Made by a program: the position numbers and the translations under genes. From an uncultured delta proteobacterium (lineage in GTDB: Bacteria; Myxococcota_A; Polyangia; Fen-1088): a DNA stretch of 64,000 nt. The notes beneath the pieces are model-generated. The model was given only the letters and a program-made list of their open reading frames with translations. It ran no database searches and was not told where the DNA came from. The stretch lies in assembly GCA_963737265.1 (NCBI GenBank), contig CAVTRY010000015.1:96001-160000 (forward strand). Reading direction: 5' to 3'. Positions 10,398-21,100 of the stretch are shown here, one piece after another (the stretch's first letter is position 1; each line of letters opens with the position of its first letter).

Positions 10398-10892
10398 ATG
10401 AAGACGGCCAAACTCGCCACGCTTTGGGTGCTGCTCGTGACCGCGGGCCTCGGCTGTGCGCACGGGCGTTACTTGCCCGGCACGACCATCGTCGCGACCG
10501 ACACCAACCGGGAAATCCTCAATACCATCGAAGAATACCGCACGAAGCTCATGGAGAGGGACGTCGACGGTCTTCTCCTTCTGGCATCCGAAAGGTATTT
10601 CGAAGACGGCGGCACGCCCCAGGCCAACGACGACTATGGGCTAGCCGGTCTCGCTGCCATCTTGCGCGGACGGTTGCAGCGCGTGGAATCCATCCGCTAC
10701 GAGATCCAGTACAAGAGCGTCAGGTTGAGCAGCGACGGCCGTGCGGAGGTCGAGGCCTTTCTCACCGGCGCATTCGAATTGCAGGGCGAGACCGGCGAAC
10801 GCTATCGGCGCATCAGCGACTTCCACCGCTTTTTGCTCGAGCGCTCGACGGGCGGCGGGTCGGCGAAGTGGAAGTTCCTTTCCGGCATGTAA
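10398..10892 (+). CDS. NTF2/SnoaL-like fold lipoprotein
   Basis: Lipobox LGC; helix-helix-sheet pattern ending WKFLSGM; GAGG upstream of the ATG. Confidence 0.7.
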   Translation: MKTAKLATLWVLLVTAGLGCAHGRYLPGTTIVATDTNREILNTIEEYRTKLMERDVDGLLLLASERYFEDGGTPQANDDYGLAGLAAILRGRLQRVESIRYEIQYKSVRLSSDGRAEVEAFLTGAFELQGETGERYRRISDFHRFLLERSTGGGSAKWKFLSGM

Positions 10893-10910
10893 AAGGTCGG
10901 GCTCGGGCGG

Positions 10911-12053
10911 TCACAGCTCGAAGACCAGCAGGCGCGTTTCGATGGGGCCGTTGAAAAGGCGGTGCGAGATCGTCGCTCGACGTTTTAGTATTTTGGAGAA
11001 GGCTGGATTTCCGGAGAGGCACACCGCGCGCCAGCCGGCCATGCGTTCGAACGAACGCGCCATGGTGGCATAGAGGCGTTCGACGTCGGAGCCCGATGCC
11101 GGGGCTTCCAGCCGCTCGCCGTAGGGCGGGTTGGTGCACAGGGTTCCGGCCGGCGCCTGCGCGGTCAAGCCGGCAACGTCGGCAACCTCGAACGTGATAT
11201 CGGACAGAACACCCGCGGCTTCGGCATTTCTTCGCGCCGCCGCAACGGCATCTTTGTCGATGTCGCGCGCGCGGATGGGGCAGGGTGCGGCCGCGAGGAT
11301 CTTCTCGCGCGCGCCTTTGCGGAGGCTCTCCCATATCTTGCGCTGGTCGCTCGTCGCCCAGCGCTCAAAGCCGAAGCGCCGCTGCAGTCCGGGCGCGATT
11401 CCGCGCGCCACCATGGCGTGCTCGATGGCCAGCGTGCCCGAGCCGGCCATGGGGTCGATAAATGGCCTATCGGTCGCGACGCCGCCGAGGCTGAGCACGG
11501 CCGCGCCAAGCGATTCCTTGAGTGGGGCGTCGACCATGGCCACGCGGTAGCCCCGGCGATGCAGCGGCTCGCCCGCTAGGTCGACGAACAGGCGCGCCTC
11601 GCTGCCGCGAACGTGCAGCACGACGGAAACGTCGGGATCGCGCGGGTTCACGTCGGGGCGCCGGCCACTGCGATCGCGAAGCATGTCGACGATGGCGTCC
11701 TTCACTTTGAGCGCGGAAAAGCCCGAGTGCCGCAGGTTGGGGTTGTCCTGTGTCGTCGCGCTCACCGCGATGGTCAGGCCCCGACCGACGAAATCGGTCC
11801 AGTCGATCGCGTGCGCGCCCGCGTAGAGCGCGTCGGCATCGCGTGCCTCGAAGGCGCCAACCTCCAGCAGCACGCGCATGGCAACGCGAGAATGGAGGCA
11901 CACCTTCATGCCGTCCATCAGGGTGCCGGCGAAGGAAACCCCACCTGTGGCACCCGAGGGCCCGTGAATCCGAAGAGCCACTAGCTCGCGCCGAAGCCCG
12001 CCCTCGGTCCCCTTGGCACACGTCACGAAAAAATTGCAATTGGAGGCGTTCAA
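10911..12053 (-). CDS. THUMP-domain rRNA methyltransferase (RlmL-like)
   Basis: LHRRGYR, APLKESL, DPMAGSGT, NPPYGERL; start codon uncertain. Confidence 0.88.
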   Translation of the reverse strand: MNASNCNFFVTCAKGTEGGLRRELVALRIHGPSGATGGVSFAGTLMDGMKVCLHSRVAMRVLLEVGAFEARDADALYAGAHAIDWTDFVGRGLTIAVSATTQDNPNLRHSGFSALKVKDAIVDMLRDRSGRRPDVNPRDPDVSVVLHVRGSEARLFVDLAGEPLHRRGYRVAMVDAPLKESLGAAVLSLGGVATDRPFIDPMAGSGTLAIEHAMVARGIAPGLQRRFGFERWATSDQRKIWESLRKGAREKILAAAPCPIRARDIDKDAVAAARRNAEAAGVLSDITFEVADVAGLTAQAPAGTLCTNPPYGERLEAPASGSDVERLYATMARSFERMAGWRAVCLSGNPAFSKILKRRATISHRLFNGPIETRLLVFEL

Positions 12054-12194
12054 ATGGAGCTGTCCCGGCCCGCTCGGCGCCCACACCATGCGATGCAAAG
12101 CTGGGCCAAGCAAGCGCAATCCGCCGTGATAAGGTCGGCCGGTTGTTTGTCGTTCCTTTGTCACGACCACGAATCCAGAAATCTAGGAGGAACC

Positions 12195-12963
12195 ATGAAG
12201 ACTGCGCGAGCCTCGAAGCAACACCACCTCCGGGGATGGATCCCGGACTACCCCGATCAACGCGATTTTCTCTACGCCGATCTGCGCCGGGCGGTGGCGC
12301 CGCCGCCCCCGTCCGTCGATCTTCGAGCCGAGATGTCCCCAGTTGAAGATCAGGGCCAACTCGGAAGCTGCACCGCCAACGCGCTGGCTGGCGCGCTGGA
12401 GTTCCTGGAAATCAAGAACGGACAGCCGTACGTCGATCTCAGCCGTCTGTTCATCTACTACGACGAGCGCGTGATCGAACACACCGTCGCCACCGATTCG
12501 GGTGCCATGATTCGCGACGGGGTCAAGACCCTGGCGGCGCAGGGCGTGTGCTCGGAGAAGAAGTGGCCGTACGTCATTTCGACCTTCACCAAAAAGCCCA
12601 CCCCGGCGTGCTACGCCGAGGCCAAGAAGCACATGATTCGTACCTATCACCGCATTCTGACCCTCGACGAAATGCGCGGATGTCTGGCCGACGGTTTCCC
12701 TTTTGTCTTCGGTTTCACCGTCTACGAAAGCTTCGAAATCCGCGGCCGTGGCAAAAACCGGCGTAGTCAATATGCCGAAGCCGCGCGAAAAGACGCTGGG
12801 TGGACACGCGGTGTGCGCGGTTGGTTACGACGACAAGACCAAGCGCGTGCTCGTGCGCAACTCCTGGGGAACCTCGTGGGGAATGCAGGGCTATTTCACC
12901 ATACCCTACGACTACGTCGCGGATCGCAACCTGTCCGACGATTTCTGGACGATCCGCGCATAG
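12195..12963 (+). CDS. Papain-like C1 cysteine protease (one extra A near 12737 splits the frame)
   Basis: DQGQLGSCTANA in the first frame; GGHAVCAVGY and RNSWGTSWG in the second; removing one A restores YESFESAAVAK; strong RBS AGGAGG. Confidence 0.88.
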
Positions 12964-13033
12964 GCCGCGCATTCGCCTCAATCCACTCCCTTCCAAGAAA
13001 CGGGCTCGGGCTCGGGAACCGCGCGCGACCGGT

Positions 13034-13910
13034 ATGTGCGGCATCGACGAGGTCCGGGGCGTCGTGACGGGCATTACGACCAATCTTGGGACGACGGCCC
13101 TTCAGTCGTTGGTTTATGACTACGATGCCAACCTGAACGTGAAGAGTCGAACTGATTCCGTGGCGGGCGTGCTCGAGCAGTTCCACTACGACTCCCTCGA
13201 TCGGATTCACGACTGGCAAGAGGTGGGCTCCTATGGCTGGGGTGTGACCCATAGCCACGACGACATCGGAAACCTGACCGGGCGATCGTTGCTGGGCGGC
13301 AAGGGGGAAACCGAGGCGCTCACGTTCGAGCACAGCGGCGTAAACGCTGGGCCGCACGCCGTGACGACGTCGGCCTGGGGAACCTACGGCTACGATGGGA
13401 AAGGCAATCAGACGTCGTCGCCCGAGGGGACGATTGCGTACACGTATTTCAACTTGCCGAAGAGCATCGTTGGCACGGACACGTCCACCTTCAAGTACGA
13501 CGCGTCAGGCGCCAGGGTTCTGAAGTCGGCCGGCGCTACCGGAACGACGATCTACGCCGGGGGGACGTACGAACGCCGAACCGTCGCGGGCTCCAAGACC
13601 CATGTGTTCTATTTGAACACATCCGGGCGACAGATTGGGCAGATCCTGCGCAAGGAAAGCGACCAGAGCGAGACCGTCCTCTACATCCACAGCGATTCGC
13701 TCGGCTCGTCCGAGGTGGTTACGGACGCCAACGGACAAGTGGTTGGGGAGCGCCGGAAGTACGATCCCTTCGGTGCGCCCACGGACATCACCCTGCCCAA
13801 GGCATTCCCCGGTGGCAGCCTGATGAGTACCGACGTTCACATCGGCTTCACCGGGCACGAGGAAGATTCGGAAACTGGGCTGATCAACATGCGCGGGAGA
13901 ATCTACAACC
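13034..13910 (+). pseudogene. Rhs/YD-repeat fragment with truncated Rhs core
   Basis: YD repeats (YDYDANLN, YDSLDR, YGYDGKGN), H.D.LGS, YDPFG, GFTGHEEDSETGLINMRGRIYNP; no N-terminus and no normal core end or toxin tip. Confidence 0.85.
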
Positions 13911-13911
13911 C

Positions 13912-14286
13912 TCTGTCTTTCGGGCAAGCGGACCCGATTTTTTACCGGAAGCCGCTGAACGTTTTTCGGGAGTGTCATTCTCTCGCAAGAGCGAGCGCGG
14001 CAGCGTTGCCACGATGGGACGTTATCGGGGCCAACCAATTCCGTACGCCGCCGCCGAACTCATTGGCCCCGAGAGCAGCACGGATCTTCAGGTTCCAGAT
14101 GCTCCCTTTTTTGCAGCCATCGAAAGAGTCGCACCTGACTGTTCGGCCGCTGGAGCTACGCTGATGCTCTTTCACATGGACGTGGCATTCCGCGAGCAAT
14201 GCAACATTGAGCTGAGCCATGAGTTCGTGTCGGCTTTGGCTCAACTTGGAATCGGGATTACCATGTCTTGTTTTGAGGTGGCCTGA
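13912..14286 (+). pseudogene. Probable Rhs-associated immunity protein (DUF4279-like), N-terminus lost
   Basis: Frame open from ~13912 (SVFRASGPDFLPEAAERFSG...GRYRGQPIPY...CNIELSHEFVSALAQLGIGITMSCF); position within a toxin locus. Confidence 0.5.
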
Positions 14287-14362
14287 TTGAGAGCCCTGTT
14301 CGTCTGAAAAAAAGAGATGTCAAGGACCCAACAATTCATCCCGCCCAGATTCCGGTCTGAGC

Positions 14363-14689
14363 ATGAGCATGAAGTTTGATGGGGTCGCAAGCGCGATATT
14401 TGACCGAGCGTGCCCCGTACATGCCGGCGCGGGGGTGGTGCCGCGGGTGGGTAACCCCCAGTGGCGCGACGCCGGCAACTTCAATTGCGGATTCATTGGA
14501 ACCGCTCTTGGATACAGTCCGCAGATCTTACACTTCATGGCTGGAGCGCTGCAGATAGCTATGGGACATTCTGAGTTTCCTTGGGGCATGCCTGGCGAAC
14601 CTTTTTCACCGGGCAGCGATGGCCCTGTTGACTACTTCTGGATCGAACAAGGCATTGCGCTTGGCAATGCAGCTCGCGCAATGCCATGA
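14363..14689 (+). pseudogene. Orphan polymorphic-toxin tip, Ntox44-like (partial)
   Basis: DAGNFNCGFIGTALGYS..L...AGALQ and D.P.D.FWI.QG resemble the Ntox44 pattern. Confidence 0.6.
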
Positions 14690-15108
14690 AAGCATCGGTT
14701 TCCTTTCTTGGAGGGCTTGGGATGTGTCTTGTGGGGACAATCTTTGGCAGTTGTCGTCAGGGGCTGCTCTGCAATTCTACGGTTACGTCAGAAGTTCCCT
14801 CACCGAACGGTGCGTTCATTGCGGCCACGGTAGTCGAGTCATGTGGTGGCGCAGCTGGTAGTATTGGTACTTTGGTGGAGGTCAGGACGAGGGAAGGTTT
14901 CTGGGCACCATGGAATTGGAGCGTATTCAGGCTTGGGTGTGTGGGAACGCCAAGACTCCGATGGCGGCACAACCATCTTGCCATTGGGCTCACCAGAGCG
15001 CTGGCCGAGTGCGTCGTGCGAAGGGACTATGAGTGGAACGGAATCCCGGTGACCTACGACGACCTAGGCGGTGAGCCTGCCCCATCCTTACCACCGTTTG
15101 GCCTTTAG
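14686..15108 (+). CDS. Putative cognate immunity protein, membrane-anchored
   Basis: ATGA overlap with the toxin tip; N-terminal hydrophobic segment, SPNG..A.....CGGA motif. Confidence 0.55.
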   Translation: MKASVSFLGGLGMCLVGTIFGSCRQGLLCNSTVTSEVPSPNGAFIAATVVESCGGAAGSIGTLVEVRTREGFWAPWNWSVFRLGCVGTPRLRWRHNHLAIGLTRALAECVVRRDYEWNGIPVTYDDLGGEPAPSLPPFGL

Positions 15109-16232
15109 TGGGGAGCAATAGCCATGGTTACATCGGTCTCTGCGCAGACAGATCCCGTTCCGAGGGTAGTGTCCCAGATCCCCTTCCGAGGGTCATTCGG
15201 TCCCACAGCGGTCCGGAGAGTCGTTTCTGCATTTTGTTTTCCACCTGGCAACGGCATTTGCTTCAGCTCCGATTCGGCCCCCGGCGGCAGGCTGATTCTG
15301 GTTGACGGAGACCGCGCGCGGTGATCAGGCCGCGGTGGCCGCTTTGGGCTCGCTGGCGCCGGTGGCCTGGCTGGCCGCCGTGGCCACGGCTGCCGCAACC
15401 CCGACAACCTCATGCAGATCCTGTATTTCTCATGCTGCCACTGACCCTCGACGGAAGCTCACCCGAAAGCGTGATGGGCGCGAAAACTCCAGAAGCAATA
15501 CGGTCGGCACCTGTCCGGTTCGGTCTCTACCTTCTGGGGAGACGGACGACAAGTCCTCTTCCCATTGCGAAAAGTCCGTGCACACCCGTTCAAGATGGGC
15601 TGGCTAAAGAAACCTGACTTTGTGCCCAAAATCTTTGGAGAGCCCGGTGCACTCGAAAGTCTGAGCGAGTAAGGTTCAACGCTCCCGGGTACACGCGCAC
15701 ATAGTCGACGACCACGGACCACTACACCAGACCCCGAGTCTCTCCCACGTCGAGAATCCACAGGTCCGACTCCATGTGGCCTCGCTCGGCCCAGCGCTTT
15801 CTCAGCCGGTCGACAGGTTCCCGAATCGGTTCGCTGCTGAGGTTGAAAGTGCCCCAGTGCATGGCCACGAAACGACGAGCGCCTAGCATCTCATATGCGT
15901 CGACCGCCTCTACAGGATCCATGTGCTGGGCCTGCATGAACCAGCGAGGCGAATACGCGCCGATAGGAAGGATGGCGATATCGATGCTCGGAAACCGGGA
16001 TCGGACGGCCTGAAAAACCGCGGCTTGCAGGGCACTGTCGCCAGCGAAGTAGACGGTCACGCCGTCCGCCTGAAAGACCAACCCGCCCCAAAGGGTGCGA
16101 TTCCGGCTCGATAGGTTGCGCATCCCCCAGTGGTGGGCGGGGGTCAAGGTCATGCGAAGCCCTTGTCGATCAACGCTTTGCCACCAGTCAAGCTCGGTTG
16201 CTGGGCGGGGCAGGTGGCGGCCCATCTGCAAG

Positions 16233-17661
16233 CATAGGCATTAACCCAAAAACTTGCGATTTCTCCAAGAACGCCCGCATATGCTCGGGATGGACAACAT
16301 AGCGAAGGACAGCACCACGGGCGACTGGCCAATGATTGCGGCGCAGCTTCCATCCGGATGGGAGGATCTGGCGGTCGAGATGGGCGTGGTCTACACGAAG
16401 TTTCCGGCGCACATGGGCACGAAGGTGACCGAGGCGGCACATTTGCTGCAGCCGATTCTGTACCAGGTGGCGACGAACTCGTCGCTGGCCGTGACGGTGG
16501 CGATGGCGGCGGCGGCCGGGGTGATCAAGATGTCGGCAGTCGGGCTGCACAAGCGAATGAGAACCATTGGTCCCTACCTGGCGCGACTGGTGACGCTGAT
16601 GACGGATGCCGAGGCTTCGTTCGCAGCGGAGCGATGGGCGGGCTACGACGTGGTGATCGTGGACGGCTCTTCGGTGTCGCGGCCAGGAGCCGAGGGCACC
16701 ACGGCTCGCGTTCACTATGCGCTGCGCTTGAGCACGTTGCGGCCTGTGCAAATCGAGGTCACGGATGACAAGGGCGGCGAGACGTTCAGAAACTTCGATG
16801 CCGAGGCGGGACAACTGTGGATGGGCGACCGCGGCTACTCGAACCCGCCTGGCATAGCGGCGATCATGGCGGCGGATGCCGACGTACTGGTCCGATACAA
16901 CCGTGGCTCGCTTCCTCTGTACGGCATGAACGGGCAGCTACTCGACGTTCAGCGAATGCTGGCTCGCCTCAAGCATCCGGGGGTTGCACGCGAATGGTAC
17001 GCAGAGGTCCATCCGCAGGGTGGCAAGGCGATCGCTGGCCGGCTGTGCGCGTTGCTCTTGCCGCCCGACAAAGCAGAGGAGGCTCGGCAGCGCGCGCGAC
17101 GGGAACAAGGTCCGTCTGTGACTGAGGAAACCCTTGCGGCCGCGCAGTACGTGGTGGTGTTCACGACCGTACCGAGGTCGCGGCTGACCGCCGCCCTGGT
17201 CATGGAACTATACGGCCTCCGCTGGCAAATCGAGCTTCACATCAAGCGGGACAAATCCATCGCAGGGCTCGAACCGACTGCCCAACTTTCGCAACGACAC
17301 TGTCTATTCCTGGATTTGCGCCAAGATGCTGCTTACCCAGATCGCCCGCAAACTTGCTACACCCAACGTGGCTATTCCCCCCTGTGGAGAACTCGACTGG
17401 TTCGGCATCCGACGAGCCGCAGAAAGGCGTCAGGGCCGGACTCAGGCGATCAAAGCACCGGGTCGTAGCCGAGCCATGGCGTCTCATGACCGTCCTCTGG
17501 CAAACCGTATGCGCGGCGCTCACGCCGATCAGCGCCAGTCGGTTTCCCGATTTCTTGCAGGCATTCCTTGACCACCTTCAACTCCAAGTCCCGCGCAAGC
17601 GTCTACGCAGCGCCGTTAAGTTCCAGCAACATCTTGCGGAGGAATTGGGTTAATGCCTATG
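16233..17661 (+). mobile_element. IS4-family insertion sequence
   Basis: Perfect 17-bp terminal IR CATAGGCATTAACCCAA; 11-bp target duplication CCATCTGCAAG at 16222-16232 and 17662-17672. Confidence 0.93.
16281..17653 (+). CDS. IS4-family DDE transposase (frameshift near 17273)
   Basis: VIVDGS, MGDRGY, YGLRWQIE..IKRDKS (YREK motif); C-terminal extent uncertain. Confidence 0.85.
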
Positions 17662-18154
17662 CCATCTGCAAGGGCGCAACGATCTCTGGCTCGCCTTTGA
17701 GCTTGGCCAAACTGGGAAGGTCGAGGTGATCGAAGTGATCGTGAGAGAGAGCCACCAGGTCGATGAGAGGCAGTTGCTCAGGCGAAAGCCCGGGCGGCAC
17801 GTGGCGCCAGAGGGTTCCAGCCGGATGGCCGAACACCGGGTCGGTCAGAATCCAGCGGCCGCCCATGCGCAAGAGAAACGTGCAATGCCCTATCCAAGTC
17901 AGATGGGGCGCCTGGGGCGCCAGCGCGGCTGCTTGGTCGAGTCGGCACGGAGGCCTCCAGGATTTTCGCCGCCGAAAGAGATCGGCGAGGGCGGTCGCGC
18001 TCTGGCGCAACTCATCCGGCAATCGGCTCATGACCGCCCAGCGCAGGACTGCCAGTCCGCCCTTGTCGGGAGTTGTACCGTCCAGGTTCACGAATCGCCC
18101 ATCGACGGCCGGGGACCGGGTGCTCGCCGTGACGTCCGCCATGACCGCCGAAGC

Positions 18155-21100
18155 CTACTCCAGTCCAGGCGCCAGGACACGGCTGATGGCATCGGGATTG
18201 ACGATCCCCCTCTCGCTCATCCAGGCCCTTGCCGCGTTCGGGTCCAGATCGGCTGGCCCGCCTGCTAGATGCCGCCCGCCGGCGACGCGGGCGGCATGTG
18301 CCAGCAGCCAGAGGTTGTTCTGCTGCAACTCCCTCACGGCCGCGACCAGGCTAGGCTTGACGGCATGGGCGCGACCCTCCACCTCGGCCAGGCCGCTCGC
18401 GGTCACGAGCGCCAGTGCGACAGCCCACCTATCGGGCTGTCGCTGCATGCGTGCGATGAGCTGACGGGTTGCCTTGAGGTATCTTGGCCTCTCCTTGCCA
18501 CTCGACTGTTGCGCGGCGGCCAGGGCCGCGCGTGCTCGCAGATGGAGAGCCGCGATGCGCGTGTGTTGGATATGGAATACGCCCGAGCGACGCAGCTCGG
18601 CCCACCGGGCCCCTATCAAGTCGTACGCCGCGGGGCCATGGCCCAGGTACAGCTCCGTCTGAACCATCGCGATCAGGTTGTACCAATGTTGGACGTGGAA
18701 GCCTTGACGAGACCATCGCTCGATGGCCTGGTCGGTCTCGATCCTGGACCGAACAGGATCGTTCCGCATCAGCCAGACGAAGTTGGCGAGGCCGGTGCGG
18801 AAGTTGGTCGCGGCGTAGAGCGATCCGCGGTCGGTCGCCTGTCGCAGCCCGATGGAGATGAGTTGCTGGAAGGAGACGAGATCGCCCAGGTAGTACAGAT
18901 CCTCCATGAGGAACTGCCGGACGGTATCGAGTTCCCAGACCGCGCCGGCGCACTTCTGGGTGAACACCTTTTCCGCCACCTCCAGCTGTTCGCGGCTGCG
19001 CCCAAAATCGCCAACCAGGTGGGCGATCACCCCGGCCATCAGCAAGGTCACGCCGCGGGCGTAGGGATCGCCCAGCTTCTCAGCGATGCTCGATGCCTCA
19101 GCCAGCAGGCGATGGGCGCGCGCCAAGCCTGCCTGACCACGGCCCACGCACCACGCGGCCTCACCCGCCAGGCCCCGACTCACGCGAGGCAAGTCCTCCG
19201 CCTGCAACGCCAACAGTAGGCTGAGGGCTTGGAAGTACGCTCCCTTGATGGGATCAATGAGTCCGATGCCAGAAGACAGGGACCAGCAGAGGTCGATGCG
19301 TGCAGCCGTTTCCGCAGCCGGTGGTGCCGACGCCCCCGATCGACAGCGCAAGCCCCGCCAGCGCAGGCGCGCCCGCACCCACGCGAGGTTCGGCAAGGGG
19401 TGCCTGGGCATCTTCATGTGGGCCGCTGCCAGGGCGGTGCGCGCTACATCCATCCCCTTGTCGAAGTGACCGCTGCGCAAGAGCTCGCCGCTGGCCTTGC
19501 GGTGCAGCTCCAGCGACAAGGCTGCGTCGGCGCCCTGCGCGGCGGCAGCCAAGTACTGTTGCGCCGCCGCGAAGCCACGACCCGCGCAAGCCAGCGCATT
19601 GGCCAATTGGACCAGCAGATTCCCTCTTTGCTTGACGTCCCAGGTGCCGACCTTGAGTGCCATCTCAAAATGCTCGGCCGCGCGGTCAAAGGCCAACGCC
19701 TTCATCGCACGTTCGCCAGTGGCCACCAAATGACTAGCCGCCTTGCTGTCGTGCCCTGCCTCCAACCACAGCTCAGCCACCTGCGCAGGATCGCCATCGG
19801 CTCGGAAAGCGAAGGCCAAGCGCTCGGCCAGAACGCGCCGCCTGCTTGGGTCGAGTCCGCTCGACAACCAGACCCGCAATTGCTCGTGGCACAGCTCGAT
19901 TCGTTCCCGCCCCAGATCCCCGCTGGCATGGAGCAGACGCTCACGCAGCAGTTCCGCAACCAGTCGACTGAAGATCCTGGGCTCGATCTCGCTGGCTGTC
20001 TGCACGACGAGTTCCGGCACCGGCGCGCCCACCGTGGCGACCAGATCGAGGACAATGCGTGCTTCCGTTCCCGCCCGCTCCACGCGATCACGCAGCAGAT
20101 CGCTCAGGTTCAGACGCGAGGTTTTCAGGTCATGCGCCAGGGCGTAGCGGGCCAGCTCCTTGACAAACAGGGCATTGCCCTGCGTTGTCTCAGCCAGCGG
20201 CTCAAGTTCCAGCGTAGCCTGGCGCTCAAGCGAGAAGACCGACTGCAGCAGGGCCAACGTGGCGTCCCGATCAAGAGGGGGAAGCTCAATCCGAATCTGG
20301 CGGACAGATGGATCCAGCCAATCCGCGCTCGCCCGCCCGGATCCACGACAGGTTCCGAGAAACAGCATCCGGGGCAGTCGGCTGTCGGCTAGCAAAGCGG
20401 AGAACATGGCCAGGCTGTCGGCATCGGCCCACTGCAGATCGTCGACGAAGATGACCATCGGGCTGGCGCCGGTGATCGCGGCCAGAGCCTCGCGCAGCCC
20501 ATCGAGCAGGCGGCTGCGCAGCTCGTGAGGGTCCGACGGGATCTCGACCGCACTTGCGACGGTGACTTCGGGTATCTGCTCCAGAGCTGGAAACAAGTGG
20601 CGCAGCAGCGGTGCGATTGCCGGAACCAGAACCGCGCGCGCGCCGGGGGACATTTGGCCCACCTGGTGGGCAAGTTGGTCGATGACACCGTCGAGGGCCT
20701 TGAAGGGCAGGAACTCGCGCTCGTGGCAACGAGACGCAACCACGGTGGCCCCCTGTTCTGTCGCCAACGCGTCGAGAAACTGTCGGCATAGCTCGGTCTT
20801 TCCGATGCCGGGCTCGCCGGTGACCAGCAGGGCGACTCGGTCTCCGCCAACCGCGTCCGAAAACGCCGAGCGCAAGGTCGCCGTCGGGCCAGATCGCCCG
20901 AACAGAGGGCTGGTCCCTGCCCGTGCTTGGCGCGCCCCCCACGCGGGGTCGCCCGGCGCGCCCAGGGCCTGCAGGATCGAGCTGGGATCGGGTCTCATGT
21001 CGGGTTCCCTCGCCAGCAGGATCTCGCACAGCTCGGCCAGCTCCGGCGGTACTTCCGGATCTCGCTGGCAAACGGGCACGGCAACTTCGTGCTGCTTCTT

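Larger units (their letters stand above)
15722..18142 (-). pseudogene. MBL-fold hydrolase, NAPE-PLD/RomA-like, interrupted by IS4
   Basis: N-part has TWIGH, TDPVF, SHDHFDHLD; C-part has PAHHW, YFAGDS, PIGAYSPRWFM..QH, HWGTF. Removing the IS and one duplicate copy restores a 326-codon ORF. Confidence 0.9.

Noticed and set aside
12800-14164. Full-length 454-aa Rhs toxin
   Set aside because: The first ~78 codons overlap the protease gene and intergenic DNA, and the tail after IYNP is out-of-frame immunity sequence.
15108-15720. Short ORFs between the immunity gene and the MBL hydrolase
   Set aside because: No recognisable motifs or consistent frame; left unannotated.
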